A DNA stretch of 64,000 bases from an uncultured virus (IMG/VR IMGVR_UViG_3300002138_000037) (lineage: Duplodnaviria > Heunggongvirae > Uroviricota > Caudoviricetes): the IMG/VR virus record IMGVR_UViG_3300002138_000037, positions 1 through 64,000 of that record. The stretch is one strand, 5' to 3'. A program made the position numbers and the translations under genes. Positions 1 through 7,687 of this stretch are shown piece by piece (position 1 is the first letter of the stretch; each line of letters begins with the position of its first letter). The notes below the pieces were generated by a model. The model saw nothing but the letters and a program-made list of their open reading frames with translations, was not told where the DNA came from and searched no databases.

Positions 1-2
1 CA

Positions 3-263
3 ACCTTGGCAAGAAAACATAAGAAGAACAAGACTGTTTTTGTTATTCAAGCTATCAATTCTTCGGGTATCTCTATTCGTGGAGAGGAATGGTATTGGCC
101 CGCGCAAGTGTTTGCATTGGCAAATGAATCGTCGATTGACTTGGGAGTTGAATTCACCACGTTGAAAGCCACTCACCAAAAGCGAGGGGAACTTATTGCA
201 CAAATCGAGTCGGGTAAAGAAAATTTGGAAAGTCTCTTGGCTGAGTTGAAAAGTCTCAAGTAA
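3..263 (+). CDS. hypothetical early protein, probably 5'-truncated by window edge
   Basis: Open frame from window start, coiled-coil C-terminus, TAA just before next promoter. Confidence 0.6.
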   Translation, partial: TLARKHKKNKTVFVIQAINSSGISIRGEEWYWPAQVFALANESSIDLGVEFTTLKATHQKRGELIAQIESGKENLESLLAELKSLK

Positions 264-266
264 TGG

Positions 267-294
267 TTGACTTTCTATAAATTTAACGTAGAGT
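267..294 (+). promoter_or_regulatory. early sigma70-type promoter, leaderless
   Basis: TTGACT(267)-16 bp-TAGAGT(289), ATG follows after 6 nt at 301. Confidence 0.75.
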
Positions 295-300
295 TTTCCC

Positions 301-636
301 ATGAAAGCAAACTTTAATGATGTGGTAATGTTTCGGTTGGATGGGAGTGTGGAAGGAATTGGTATAGTGACGGAAGTCCATTCACACTCCTATCACGTTC
401 TCTTGACTGAACCATGTAAGGAGTTTGACGCAGGTGTGGTCATCATTGTTTCAGTTAACGAGATTTATGAAGTCTCTGCGGTTGTAGAAGAAACCGGTTC
501 GTCAGACGACGATACGAACAAGTGCCACTGTTGTTCCGTTCACACGGACGACGTGTGTTCGTTTGATGTGGAAATGAATCCCTACAGTAATCCACGTCCT
601 TGTTGTGGCTCTCATGGTTGTGCGGAGGACGTGTAA
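301..636 (+). CDS. small early protein with Cys/His-rich C-terminus (copy 1)
   Basis: 111 aa, CHCC..H..C...PCCGSHGC tail; paralog of 864..1199. Confidence 0.85.
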   Translation: MKANFNDVVMFRLDGSVEGIGIVTEVHSHSYHVLLTEPCKEFDAGVVIIVSVNEIYEVSAVVEETGSSDDDTNKCHCCSVHTDDVCSFDVEMNPYSNPRPCCGSHGCAEDV

Positions 637-637
637 C

Positions 638-820
638 ATGAATGGACGTCCATATTGTGTCTATCTTCTATCAACCTGTGAGGTGGTTGACGTGTCAGCC
701 TCACTCGAAAGAGCCAAAGATAGGTTGTGGGAGTTGAATGACAACAAACAACATCCAACTGCGGATATGGCTATCACCAACGAATTGACGTGGGAAGATG
801 TAAACTATTGGAATTATTAA
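638..820 (+). CDS. hypothetical early protein
   Basis: ATG 638 after GGAGG (624-628), directly after upstream stop. Confidence 0.7.
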   Translation: MNGRPYCVYLLSTCEVVDVSASLERAKDRLWELNDNKQHPTADMAITNELTWEDVNYWNY

Positions 821-828
821 ATCAATGG

Positions 829-856
829 TTGACTTTCTATAAAACTCTGATAAATT
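829..856 (+). promoter_or_regulatory. early sigma70-type promoter, leaderless
   Basis: TTGACT-16 bp-TAAATT, ATG after 7 nt. Confidence 0.75.
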
Positions 857-863
857 ATCACTA

Positions 864-1199
864 ATGAAAGCAAATTTCAATGACATCGTAATGTTTCGGT
901 TGGATGGTCGTGTAGAAGGAATCGGTATAGTTACAGAGGTTCACTCTCATTCCTATCACGTTATCTTGACCGAACCATGTAAGGAGTTTGATGCTGGAGT
1001 GGTTATCATCGTTTCAGCCAATGAGGTTTATGAGGTTGAGTCGATTGTGAAAGAAACCGTTGATTCTGATGATGGAACTGACAAATGTCATTGTTGTCAC
1101 GTTTATACCAGTAAAACCTGTGCGTTTGATGAAGAAATGAATCCCCATAGCAATCCTCGTCCTTGTTGTGGTTCACATGGTTGTGCAGAAGATGTATAA
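864..1199 (+). CDS. small early protein with Cys/His-rich C-terminus (copy 2)
   Basis: Same length as and highly similar to 301..636. Confidence 0.85.
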   Translation: MKANFNDIVMFRLDGRVEGIGIVTEVHSHSYHVILTEPCKEFDAGVVIIVSANEVYEVESIVKETVDSDDGTDKCHCCHVYTSKTCAFDEEMNPHSNPRPCCGSHGCAEDV

Positions 1200-1206
1200 A
1201 AACTGG

Positions 1207-1234
1207 TTGACTTTCTATAAATTGCTAGTATTGT
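1207..1234 (+). promoter_or_regulatory. early sigma70-type promoter
   Basis: TTGACT-16 bp-TATTGT; 29 bp identical to 2709-2737. Confidence 0.75.
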
Positions 1235-1252
1235 CTTCATATCAAAATAATT

Positions 1253-1468
1253 ATGTATAAAATTCGACACATTCCCGGTGCAGATTGTGTTAGCCAGCCA
1301 ACACCATCGGCGATTGTATCTCCCGAAAAACAACTGGAAAAATTGGAAAATTCGTTGGATAATTATTTGGAGGATTGCAGCAAAGGATATTGCAAATATG
1401 ATTCAAAATCGGTAGTGAAATTGAAAATGGAGATTTTCGAGTTCAAAAAAACTATGAAAACCACTTGA
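1253..1468 (+). CDS. hypothetical early protein
   Basis: 71-aa ORF between two promoters; its TGA overlaps the next -35. Confidence 0.7.
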   Translation: MYKIRHIPGADCVSQPTPSAIVSPEKQLEKLENSLDNYLEDCSKGYCKYDSKSVVKLKMEIFEFKKTMKTT

Positions 1469-1492
1469 CTTTTTATAAATGGTTGGTATTGT
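1465..1492 (+). promoter_or_regulatory. early sigma70-type promoter, leaderless
   Basis: TTGACT-16 bp-TATTGT, ATG 1500 after 7 nt. Confidence 0.75.
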
Positions 1493-1499
1493 TTGAGTT

Positions 1500-1678
1500 A
1501 TGAAAACAAAGACATTTACCGCCACTGTGACTGTGAGAAATGAGGATGGGAAGTGTATCCTACCTATCCCGCACCCATTCAAGCTCTTGACCGGCAAGAA
1601 GCATGGGAGATGTTTCGTCAGGGTCACTATGGAAACGTGACGGTGATGGAGGTTGATGAAGTTAACGAAACCCCTTGA
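1500..1678 (+). pseudogene. small early gene, apparent 1-nt frameshift near 1544-1552 (or sequencing error)
   Basis: Frame 0 MKTKTFTATVTVRNEDG.. stops at 1640; the -1 frame EVYPTYPAPIQALDRQEAWEMF..NETP ends at TGA 1676-1678 overlapping the next -35, as in the upstream cassette. Confidence 0.55.
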
Positions 1679-1702
1679 CTTTCTATAATACTCAGATATT
1701 CT
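1675..1702 (+). promoter_or_regulatory. early sigma70-type promoter, leaderless
   Basis: TTGACT-16 bp-TATTCT, ATG 1709 after 6 nt. Confidence 0.75.
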
Positions 1703-1708
1703 AACACT

Positions 1709-1976
1709 ATGAAAGCTACGAAATACCAAAAAGCATTCAATGCTCTAAAGTGTATAAACTCCTATCACTACAACCTTTCCACCGTGGTTGGATTCGCTGA
1801 CATGCACCGTGATAGTCGGTTCGGTGAATAGCCACAAAACAACGGAAGGCGAGGACCGCGCCTCCCTAATCGTCCGCGCCGTGAACAGCCACGAGGCGAT
1901 GAAAGAGGCGTTGGAGAAGCTTCTCCCCGGTGCTGAGGCTATGGGGTGGAACACGGACCAAGCCCGCGCCGCTTAG
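1709..1976 (+). pseudogene. chimeric remnant: truncated paralog of 2461..2700 joined out of frame to the 3' part of another gene
   Basis: MKATKYQKAFNALK..YNLSTVVGFADMHRD matches MKTENYRKAFAALK..YNLSTCAGFAAMHRD; similarity ends at 1814, TAG at 1829; GC-rich startless frame ..RASLIVRAVNSHEAMKEALEKLL..ARAA follows. Confidence 0.65.
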
Positions 1977-2148
1977 ATTTGCTTTATAAACGCAGGAGCC
2001 TGAGCAAAAAGCAACCTAGCCCAGATTACCCCATTTCACCTATCCAAAATTCTCGAATAACTAAAAAATAAAAAATATTTTAGGATTATTTAACCCAATA
2101 GAATCAATGGTTTCGTGCATATCCTAGCTATCTACTAAAAAAAGTATG

Positions 2149-2176
2149 TTGACGGATTCAAAGAATCTGATAGGTT
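2149..2176 (+). promoter_or_regulatory. early sigma70-type promoter, leaderless
   Basis: TTGACG-16 bp-TAGGTT, ATG 2184 after 7 nt. Confidence 0.7.
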
Positions 2177-2183
2177 GTTGCAC

Positions 2184-2393
2184 ATGAAAGCGAACGAAAT
2201 CAAAGTCGGTGACACAGTGAATGCTCCGGTTAATCTCAAAGGGTTCGAGCGTGAAGCCAAGTTAGGGCCGATTGAATGGATTGTGCGTCGTGAGAACAAG
2301 TCATCGTTCAGCGTCACTCACAAGGGTATCGCCGGTATCTCCGGCTGGTTGAATCTGTATCTCTGCAAGAAAACGGGAAAAATCAAACGCTAA
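2184..2393 (+). CDS. hypothetical early protein (small beta domain)
   Basis: MKANEIKVGDTV..; start fixed by promoter geometry. Confidence 0.75.
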   Translation: MKANEIKVGDTVNAPVNLKGFEREAKLGPIEWIVRRENKSSFSVTHKGIAGISGWLNLYLCKKTGKIKR

Positions 2394-2460
2394 CCCCCTC
2401 AACTCCCCTCGCTTGCGGGCGGGCGGACTTGGTGCGGTTAAACAACTAAAACGAAGGCGA

Positions 2461-2700
2461 ATGATGAAAACGGAGAACTACAGGAAAGCGTTTGCGGCTT
2501 TGAAAGGTGTAAAGTCGAGCAATTACAACCTTTCCACCTGTGCGGGATTTGCAGCAATGCACCGTGATATGTGGCTGGCAATTTGCGCGGCTGGAATCAA
2601 TGTCACGAAAGCGCAAGCTCTGCGGGCGTTTACCGGCCCTCGTGATGGTTATTGGACTACAATGGATATGGCTGAATATCTCGCAAAACGAAGCAAGTAA
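2461..2700 (+). CDS. hypothetical early protein
   Basis: Intact paralog of the 1709 fragment. Confidence 0.75.
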   Translation: MMKTENYRKAFAALKGVKSSNYNLSTCAGFAAMHRDMWLAICAAGINVTKAQALRAFTGPRDGYWTTMDMAEYLAKRSK

Positions 2701-2709
2701 AAATAACCG

Positions 2710-2737
2710 TTGACTTTCTATAAATTGCTAGTATTGT
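2710..2737 (+). promoter_or_regulatory. early sigma70-type promoter
   Basis: TTGACT-16 bp-TATTGT. Confidence 0.75.
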
Positions 2738-2750
2738 AACAACCTATATC

Positions 2751-2930
2751 ATGAACAACATACTTGTTTCCACCAAGACCAAGAATCCCATCAACCTTGG
2801 TGACATTGTAACCAATCTGCGTGGTGAAAAGAGTGCGGTAATCGCTTATACCGGACCTACTCATCGAAATGCCGAGGGCCGTATCTATACCGAAGCTGGT
2901 GAGTTTGCTCCCTATGTCTATGGATGTTAG
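2751..2930 (+). CDS. hypothetical early protein, 59 aa (not in ORF track)
   Basis: MNNILVSTKTKNPINLGDIVTNLRGE..YGC then TAG; in-frame TAA at 2943-2945. Confidence 0.7.
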   Translation: MNNILVSTKTKNPINLGDIVTNLRGEKSAVIAYTGPTHRNAEGRIYTEAGEFAPYVYGC

Positions 2931-2954
2931 GTTGTAAATAGTTAATATAATCCA

Positions 2955-2982
2955 TTGACATTCAACGGGTTTAATATACAGT
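2955..2982 (+). promoter_or_regulatory. early sigma70-type promoter, leaderless
   Basis: TTGACA-16 bp-TACAGT, ATG 2989 after 6 nt. Confidence 0.75.
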
Positions 2983-2988
2983 AACACC

Positions 2989-3168
2989 ATGACAAACATC
3001 CTTAATGTGTTGCTACGAGTTGAGTGGAGTATCCGTGGTGAGTCAATGACTCAATGCCCAATATGTGGCAATGGTATGAAGTATGGCCACGTCACCGATT
3101 GTCAACTGGCCCAAGCCATCAAGGAGGCCGGTGGCAAAGAAGTAAAGATGGAGAAGGTAGAGGGGTAA
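2989..3168 (+). CDS. small putative Zn-binding protein, 59 aa (not in ORF track)
   Basis: CPIC-x7-H-x3-C motif (CPICGNGMKYGHVTDC). Confidence 0.75.
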   Translation: MTNILNVLLRVEWSIRGESMTQCPICGNGMKYGHVTDCQLAQAIKEAGGKEVKMEKVEG

Positions 3169-3169
3169 G

Positions 3170-3550
3170 GTGAGGGATGGGGAGGGGGATGTCAACAGGG
3201 TTAACCCTCCCCACCATATGGGGGGGAGAGGGTGTCTTAAAGTGGGGAGGTACCACTTCTGGATAGGGGGGGGCCCGACCCCTCTATTGACGCCATGTCG
3301 GCGCCACACACACGGCATTTTTTTCTTTGGGGCCTTTTTGTCCCGATAACACTGTTTTTATAGGCAAACACACGGCATTTTTTTCTCTGGGGCACTTTTC
3401 TTGCAATTATAGCGTTTTCTAGCCTTCCTATATACAATTATTTTATTGTGGGGCACTTTTCTTGCAATTATAGCGTTTTCCTATCCATCTTTTTGACTAA
3501 TTGACCTTCTTTTTCAAAAAAACACGGGGGCAATTTTTTTCTTGGGGTGT
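3170..3550. repeat. GC-rich non-coding tract with hairpins and ~60-bp-period direct repeats
   Basis: G-runs; inverted repeats at 3204-3233, 3240-3258, 3263-3287; ACACACGGCATTTTTTTCTnTGGGGC at 3308 and 3368; TGGGGCACTTTTCTTGCAATTATAGCGTTTTC at 3388 and 3449. Confidence 0.8.
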
Positions 3551-3584
3551 TTTGGAGGTAAAACTCTATTTATAAACATCATAT

Positions 3585-5360
3585 ATGTCTCTTTTCACTA
3601 AAAAAAATCGACCAATCAGTTCTCATAAATTTCAAGATGGTACTTTTGTCAATGTTTATAGTCGGCAATATGGGTCTGGCTATAATGTAACGGGTAATGC
3701 CATTAGGGGATTAGAAGTCGTTCATGATATGGGTATGTTACATGATATGATTAGACAACTCTCACAGGAACATGGTGGTTTATTGAATGAACTGGAGAGA
3801 CGAGAGAAAAGTGAAAAGATGTTTATTAATGAAAGTCCCGATAGCATCAAGGTAGGGGAAAATAGTTATTATTATATCAGTAAAAACAATGTGGTTACTG
3901 GCTTTAATTTTGCAAACAAGTTATTGGGTGGTAAAATGACTATTGTTGGTTATAGTGCGGTTAATAAAAAGGTTATTGCATATTCTGGCGATCGTGAGCA
4001 GGATAACGTCTTGAGGGATATATTAAATGATTATTTGGAGGATTTTATTGGGGATGATTACTCAGCTAAAGGTCATAGTGGTCTGGAAGCGGTAATGGAG
4101 AGTCGTTATGGTGGTTTTGACAAATCATATACACGTTTTAGAGTTTTCTTGGTTGATGGTAATTATTATTTTACGGCGTGGTATATTACGTATGTTGGTT
4201 TGACACGAGAACAGGAGTTATATCAACGAGTGGTAAAACTGGCTGGTCTGGATGTTAATAAAGTATTCTTTGAGGTGCCTAATAGAGACGTTACGAAGAA
4301 AGATATGGAATTTATACCTTACCTCGAAGTTTATGGGGATAAGAAACCGGAACCAAAACCTAAAGTCGATGCCGTTGTCAAGAATGAGATTTTGGATAAA
4401 TTAACCGAACTCCGTCGTGAAAGAGCTGAAGCCGAGGCTGAGTCTCATGTCAAAGGTGCGACGTGGACCAAAGGTGAAGAAAACAGTTATAAACTCAAAA
4501 TCAAAAATTTAGACGTGGCTATTGAAGCCTTACGCTCAGCTTATCTATCCGGTGAGAGAGATATTTCAAAGGTAATTATTCAAACCATTGATAAATTGGA
4601 AGATAATGAAACCGAAGTCTATATACCAGCGGCGATTCTTTATCGTGAATTAGAAACCAAGTTAAGCAAATATGGTACGAACACTGTGGCTATTTTAAAC
4701 AAATTACGTAGTATGGGTGTCAATCCAAAATCAATGTTGAAATCCATGCATGCCAAACATGGTAATAACGTAACCGCAGAAACCTTTATATCGGAAATGA
4801 AAGAATATATGAAAAATAACTTATCGGAAAGTAAAGATTATAGTGAACCCGGCCATCGTGCGGGTATTTTGGATGTCATACATGAAATTGACGACATTGT
4901 ATTTGCAAATTTACAAAAATCAATGACTTCCGAAGAATATGCTGCATATCGTAAAGATAGGGGCATTGAAATGTTGGCTCCCGATGGTATGAATGCATTT
5001 GAGCAAAAAGGAACCATTAACCTTTATCTTCGTGGTTTACCACCAAAATATTGGAAAGCTTTGGCTCAAGATGTAGTCAAAGAAATTAAACGAGTCGGTG
5101 TTCAATTATTGAATAACAATTGGCAGAAGGTGGACACTAGTAAGTTAAATGGTTCACCCGTTTTGCGATTTTCGGTACAACTACCAGAAGATATGACGTT
5201 GCAAGATTTACCACATGCATATCCGGGCTTTCAAAAACGTAAAGATACTTCCGAACCCAATATGAGTCCAGAATATCGTGTGCGTAGTGACGAACCTGGC
5301 TTTGGTCATGGATTGGATGAAAAGATTACTTTTAAAGAAATAATGTCATCCAGACTCTAA
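3585..5360 (+). CDS. large hypothetical protein, probable internal head protein
   Basis: 591 aa, TATTTAT motif at 3567, repeated (L/I)xE motifs (LNE, INE, ISE, LSE). Confidence 0.7.
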   Translation: MSLFTKKNRPISSHKFQDGTFVNVYSRQYGSGYNVTGNAIRGLEVVHDMGMLHDMIRQLSQEHGGLLNELERREKSEKMFINESPDSIKVGENSYYYISKNNVVTGFNFANKLLGGKMTIVGYSAVNKKVIAYSGDREQDNVLRDILNDYLEDFIGDDYSAKGHSGLEAVMESRYGGFDKSYTRFRVFLVDGNYYFTAWYITYVGLTREQELYQRVVKLAGLDVNKVFFEVPNRDVTKKDMEFIPYLEVYGDKKPEPKPKVDAVVKNEILDKLTELRRERAEAEAESHVKGATWTKGEENSYKLKIKNLDVAIEALRSAYLSGERDISKVIIQTIDKLEDNETEVYIPAAILYRELETKLSKYGTNTVAILNKLRSMGVNPKSMLKSMHAKHGNNVTAETFISEMKEYMKNNLSESKDYSEPGHRAGILDVIHEIDDIVFANLQKSMTSEEYAAYRKDRGIEMLAPDGMNAFEQKGTINLYLRGLPPKYWKALAQDVVKEIKRVGVQLLNNNWQKVDTSKLNGSPVLRFSVQLPEDMTLQDLPHAYPGFQKRKDTSEPNMSPEYRVRSDEPGFGHGLDEKITFKEIMSSRL

Positions 5361-5384
5361 AAGACAACCTTATACAACATACTA

Positions 5385-5416
5385 ACCACCAAGGGATTAT
5401 AACTTTGGTGGTTTTT
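5385..5416 (+). terminator. intrinsic terminator
   Basis: AACCACCAAG..TTTGGTGGTT stem followed by T-run. Confidence 0.65.
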
Positions 5417-5420
5417 ATAT

Positions 5421-5448
5421 TTGACACAACGTTGTTTTAACCTATACT
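5421..5448 (+). promoter_or_regulatory. sigma70-type promoter of the OMP gene
   Basis: TTGACA-16 bp-TATACT. Confidence 0.8.
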
Positions 5449-5510
5449 TATCTCAAAGTTGGAACTGGATGCGTCATCCGGGGACAATTGTTATATAAGG
5501 AAAAATAAAT

Positions 5511-6218
5511 ATGATTAAACAAATGAAAACATTGGCCGCCTTGGTGCTGGTCGCATTGGTAACTATAATGTCAGCAACCGCTGCTGAGTTCAAGGTAACA
5601 CCACAAGTAGGTTTTGATGTGGGTTATACCACTCGAGCAAATCACTTGGGTTTGCAATTCCAGAAAAATAGTGCCTTCGTCGCATCCACTGTGGCGTTGT
5701 CGAATAAGATTGTTACTCCCGAAGTTGGTGTGACATATTATATCCGTGGAGAAAGTGCTCAACAAGCTGTCTTGGACGCAAATCTCTCACGTAATATTGG
5801 TGATGGTAACATCGTCTTCAATCTCAAAGGTGGTGTTGAAAAACGAGTTATTGCAGGAGCTTTCACTGATACATTCACGGCCTATGGAACGTTACGATTG
5901 GATAAGTTTCCAGTTTTAACGAAGATTGCAAGTCCCTATGTCACCGTCGCTCGGGATTTTGACACGGAATTGTTTGGTACAACGGTTGGTTTGGACCGTA
6001 CCTTTAGTTATCGTGGTGTCTCGTTGACTCCCCGTGTTGAAGGTTACTTCTACAATAAACATACAAGTTGGTTGGCTGGTGGTGAGTTGTCCTATACCGG
6101 CATTAAGTATGTAACTCCATATGTCGATGCAAGTTATGTTACCTCCGATACGACTCTCGCAGCTCGTAAGTTTGAAGGTAATTTTGCTTTGACTACGGGT
6201 GTTCGATTCAAGTTCTAA
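5511..6218 (+). CDS. outer-membrane beta-barrel protein
   Basis: Sec signal peptide ending ATAA, alternating amphipathic strands, C-terminal Phe (TTGVRFKF). Confidence 0.8.
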   Translation: MIKQMKTLAALVLVALVTIMSATAAEFKVTPQVGFDVGYTTRANHLGLQFQKNSAFVASTVALSNKIVTPEVGVTYYIRGESAQQAVLDANLSRNIGDGNIVFNLKGGVEKRVIAGAFTDTFTAYGTLRLDKFPVLTKIASPYVTVARDFDTELFGTTVGLDRTFSYRGVSLTPRVEGYFYNKHTSWLAGGELSYTGIKYVTPYVDASYVTSDTTLAARKFEGNFALTTGVRFKF

Positions 6219-6238
6219 ACAATTGGACGATAATTCTA

Positions 6239-6277
6239 AGAAACCGCCGACACTTAAAAGTCGGCGGTTTCTTTTTT
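6239..6277 (+). terminator. intrinsic terminator
   Basis: AGAAACCGCCGAC/GTCGGCGGTTTCT stem plus T-run. Confidence 0.9.
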
Positions 6278-6299
6278 GTCGTAACTATTTATACATCGT

Positions 6300-7046
6300 A
6301 TGAAGAAGAGTAAATTAAAAAGTATAATCAAAGAATATATCATAGAGGCAAATAAAGACACCATGCAATATGATTTGATGAATCGTGAATTGAAATCTGC
6401 ACTAAAGGTCAAAGATTTTGAAAAAGCTGCTTTTTACAAAGAACTTCTAATGTCCTCGAATTTACAAGCAAGTGTTGGGTGGGATAGATTTAAAGGTAGT
6501 TGGGCGTATGAATCGTGGATTAAAAAACCCAATACACAATCAATGATAAAACAGTTGAAGGATGAGTCACGACGTTTTGCTTATCTCCGAGAAGATAACT
6601 CCGATGAAATGTATGCAGAATATGTGGGAGAAAGACAAGGTGAAGAACCATTCATGATGCGTGATAAAAAATGGCAATATGTCAACGCAAAATATTCCAA
6701 TGGTAAAGTTGATATTGGCGTTTATTCTTTCAGTGAAGATATGGTTTACACATACGACACATTTAGAAAGATGTATAATATCAAGGAAGCTTCGGTGAGT
6801 GAAAATAGTAACTCGGAAACTCAAAAAAAATCCGGGTATGTCATGGTTGGAGAAGTTGAATACACATATACCGCAACGGTTAGTATTTCTAACTCGACTG
6901 CTAGAGAACCTCATGGTGAAGATTTGACAACGGAATATCTTGATGATGTAGACATTACATCAATTCAACCAGAACCAACGCCGGATATGGAGAAGTTGGT
7001 GCTTCGAGAAATCTACAAAGATATTCGACGTTCGTTTGCACAATGA
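6300..7046 (+). CDS. hypothetical protein, probable head-packaged protein
   Basis: TATTTAT at 6286; N-terminal KLKSIIKE motif; LRE and IKE sites. Confidence 0.7.
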   Translation: MKKSKLKSIIKEYIIEANKDTMQYDLMNRELKSALKVKDFEKAAFYKELLMSSNLQASVGWDRFKGSWAYESWIKKPNTQSMIKQLKDESRRFAYLREDNSDEMYAEYVGERQGEEPFMMRDKKWQYVNAKYSNGKVDIGVYSFSEDMVYTYDTFRKMYNIKEASVSENSNSETQKKSGYVMVGEVEYTYTATVSISNSTAREPHGEDLTTEYLDDVDITSIQPEPTPDMEKLVLREIYKDIRRSFAQ

Positions 7047-7047
7047 G

Positions 7048-7075
7048 TTGACAAATAGAAAAGATGTAGTATAGT
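7048..7075 (+). promoter_or_regulatory. sigma70-type promoter of tmRNA
   Basis: TTGACA-16 bp-TATAGT. Confidence 0.75.
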
Positions 7076-7102
7076 GACGGTATTGTTCTTTGAGAATTTT
7101 AT

Positions 7103-7486
7103 GGGGATGTACTGGTTTCGATTCAGTTGAGATAAAGTACGAGGCATGTAGAGGATGATAGTTGGCCTCTTAAAAATTTCTATCAAAAAGATTAAACGCA
7201 AAAAACGTAATCGCCTATGACTTCACTCCAGAAATGGACGAAGTTGCTGTCGCAGCCTAATAAAAGGTTGTGCCGTTGAATGGATGACACACGATAGTCT
7301 ATTCAACGAATTTTTCGTGAGTGTTTGGTAATTCGACTTAGGTTACCAAACGAGAAAACTTGAGTATAAGGGTTGTGTGGTTTGGTATGTTCAGAACACA
7401 ATCTCGAAAATTTAAACATCCTAAACATGTAGGCTTTGACGGTATAACGATTGAAGACATGGATTCAACTTCCATCATCTCCACCA
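7103..7486 (+). ncRNA. ssrA: tmRNA (one-piece)
   Basis: GGGGATG/CATCTCC-ACCA acceptor stem with G3.U; T-arm ATGGA-TTCAACT-TCCAT; tag 7198-7260 AKNVIAYDFTPEMDEVAVAA then TAA TAA. Confidence 0.93.
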
Positions 7487-7487
7487 T

Positions 7488-7661
7488 TTACGGTAATAAT
7501 GCTCTCTTCACACCCTTCAAGAAAAATTTCACCTTCGTTAAAAATTCCAAATATAATATCTTTCCACACATCAATTTCACTGATAATCTTCCTATACAAA
7601 CTAAATGAAAACTCAAATGTTTTATTCTGTTAATTAACGGATAGTCGGGCGAAGTTTTCAT
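7488..7661 (-). CDS. 57-aa basic/hydrophobic protein convergent on tmRNA (not in ORF track)
   Basis: MKTSPDYPLINRIKHLSFHLVCIGR..KRALLP; minus-strand TATTTAT 11 nt upstream. Confidence 0.5.
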   Translation of the reverse strand: MKTSPDYPLINRIKHLSFHLVCIGRLSVKLMCGKILYLEFLTKVKFFLKGVKRALLP

Positions 7662-7687
7662 TGGTGTAATGTATAAATATAAAAATT

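Noticed and set aside
301..1199. DGR template/variable repeat pair
   Set aside because: Differences are not adenine-specific, both copies are full genes, and there is no reverse transcriptase in the window
3043..3437. Minus-strand ORFs across the GC-rich tract
   Set aside because: Low-complexity translations of repeats and G-runs with no promoter motif
3300..3550. CRISPR mini-array
   Set aside because: Repeats overlap and are degenerate, the intervening sequence is itself partly repeated, and no cas genes are visible
7455..7486. Stand-alone tRNA gene
   Set aside because: The T-arm and CCA belong to the tmRNA; no anticodon arm and no other tRNA recognised in the window
7360..7633. Plus-strand ORFs 7360..7608 and 7451..7633
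   Set aside because: They overlap the tmRNA, use weak starts and show no recognisable motif
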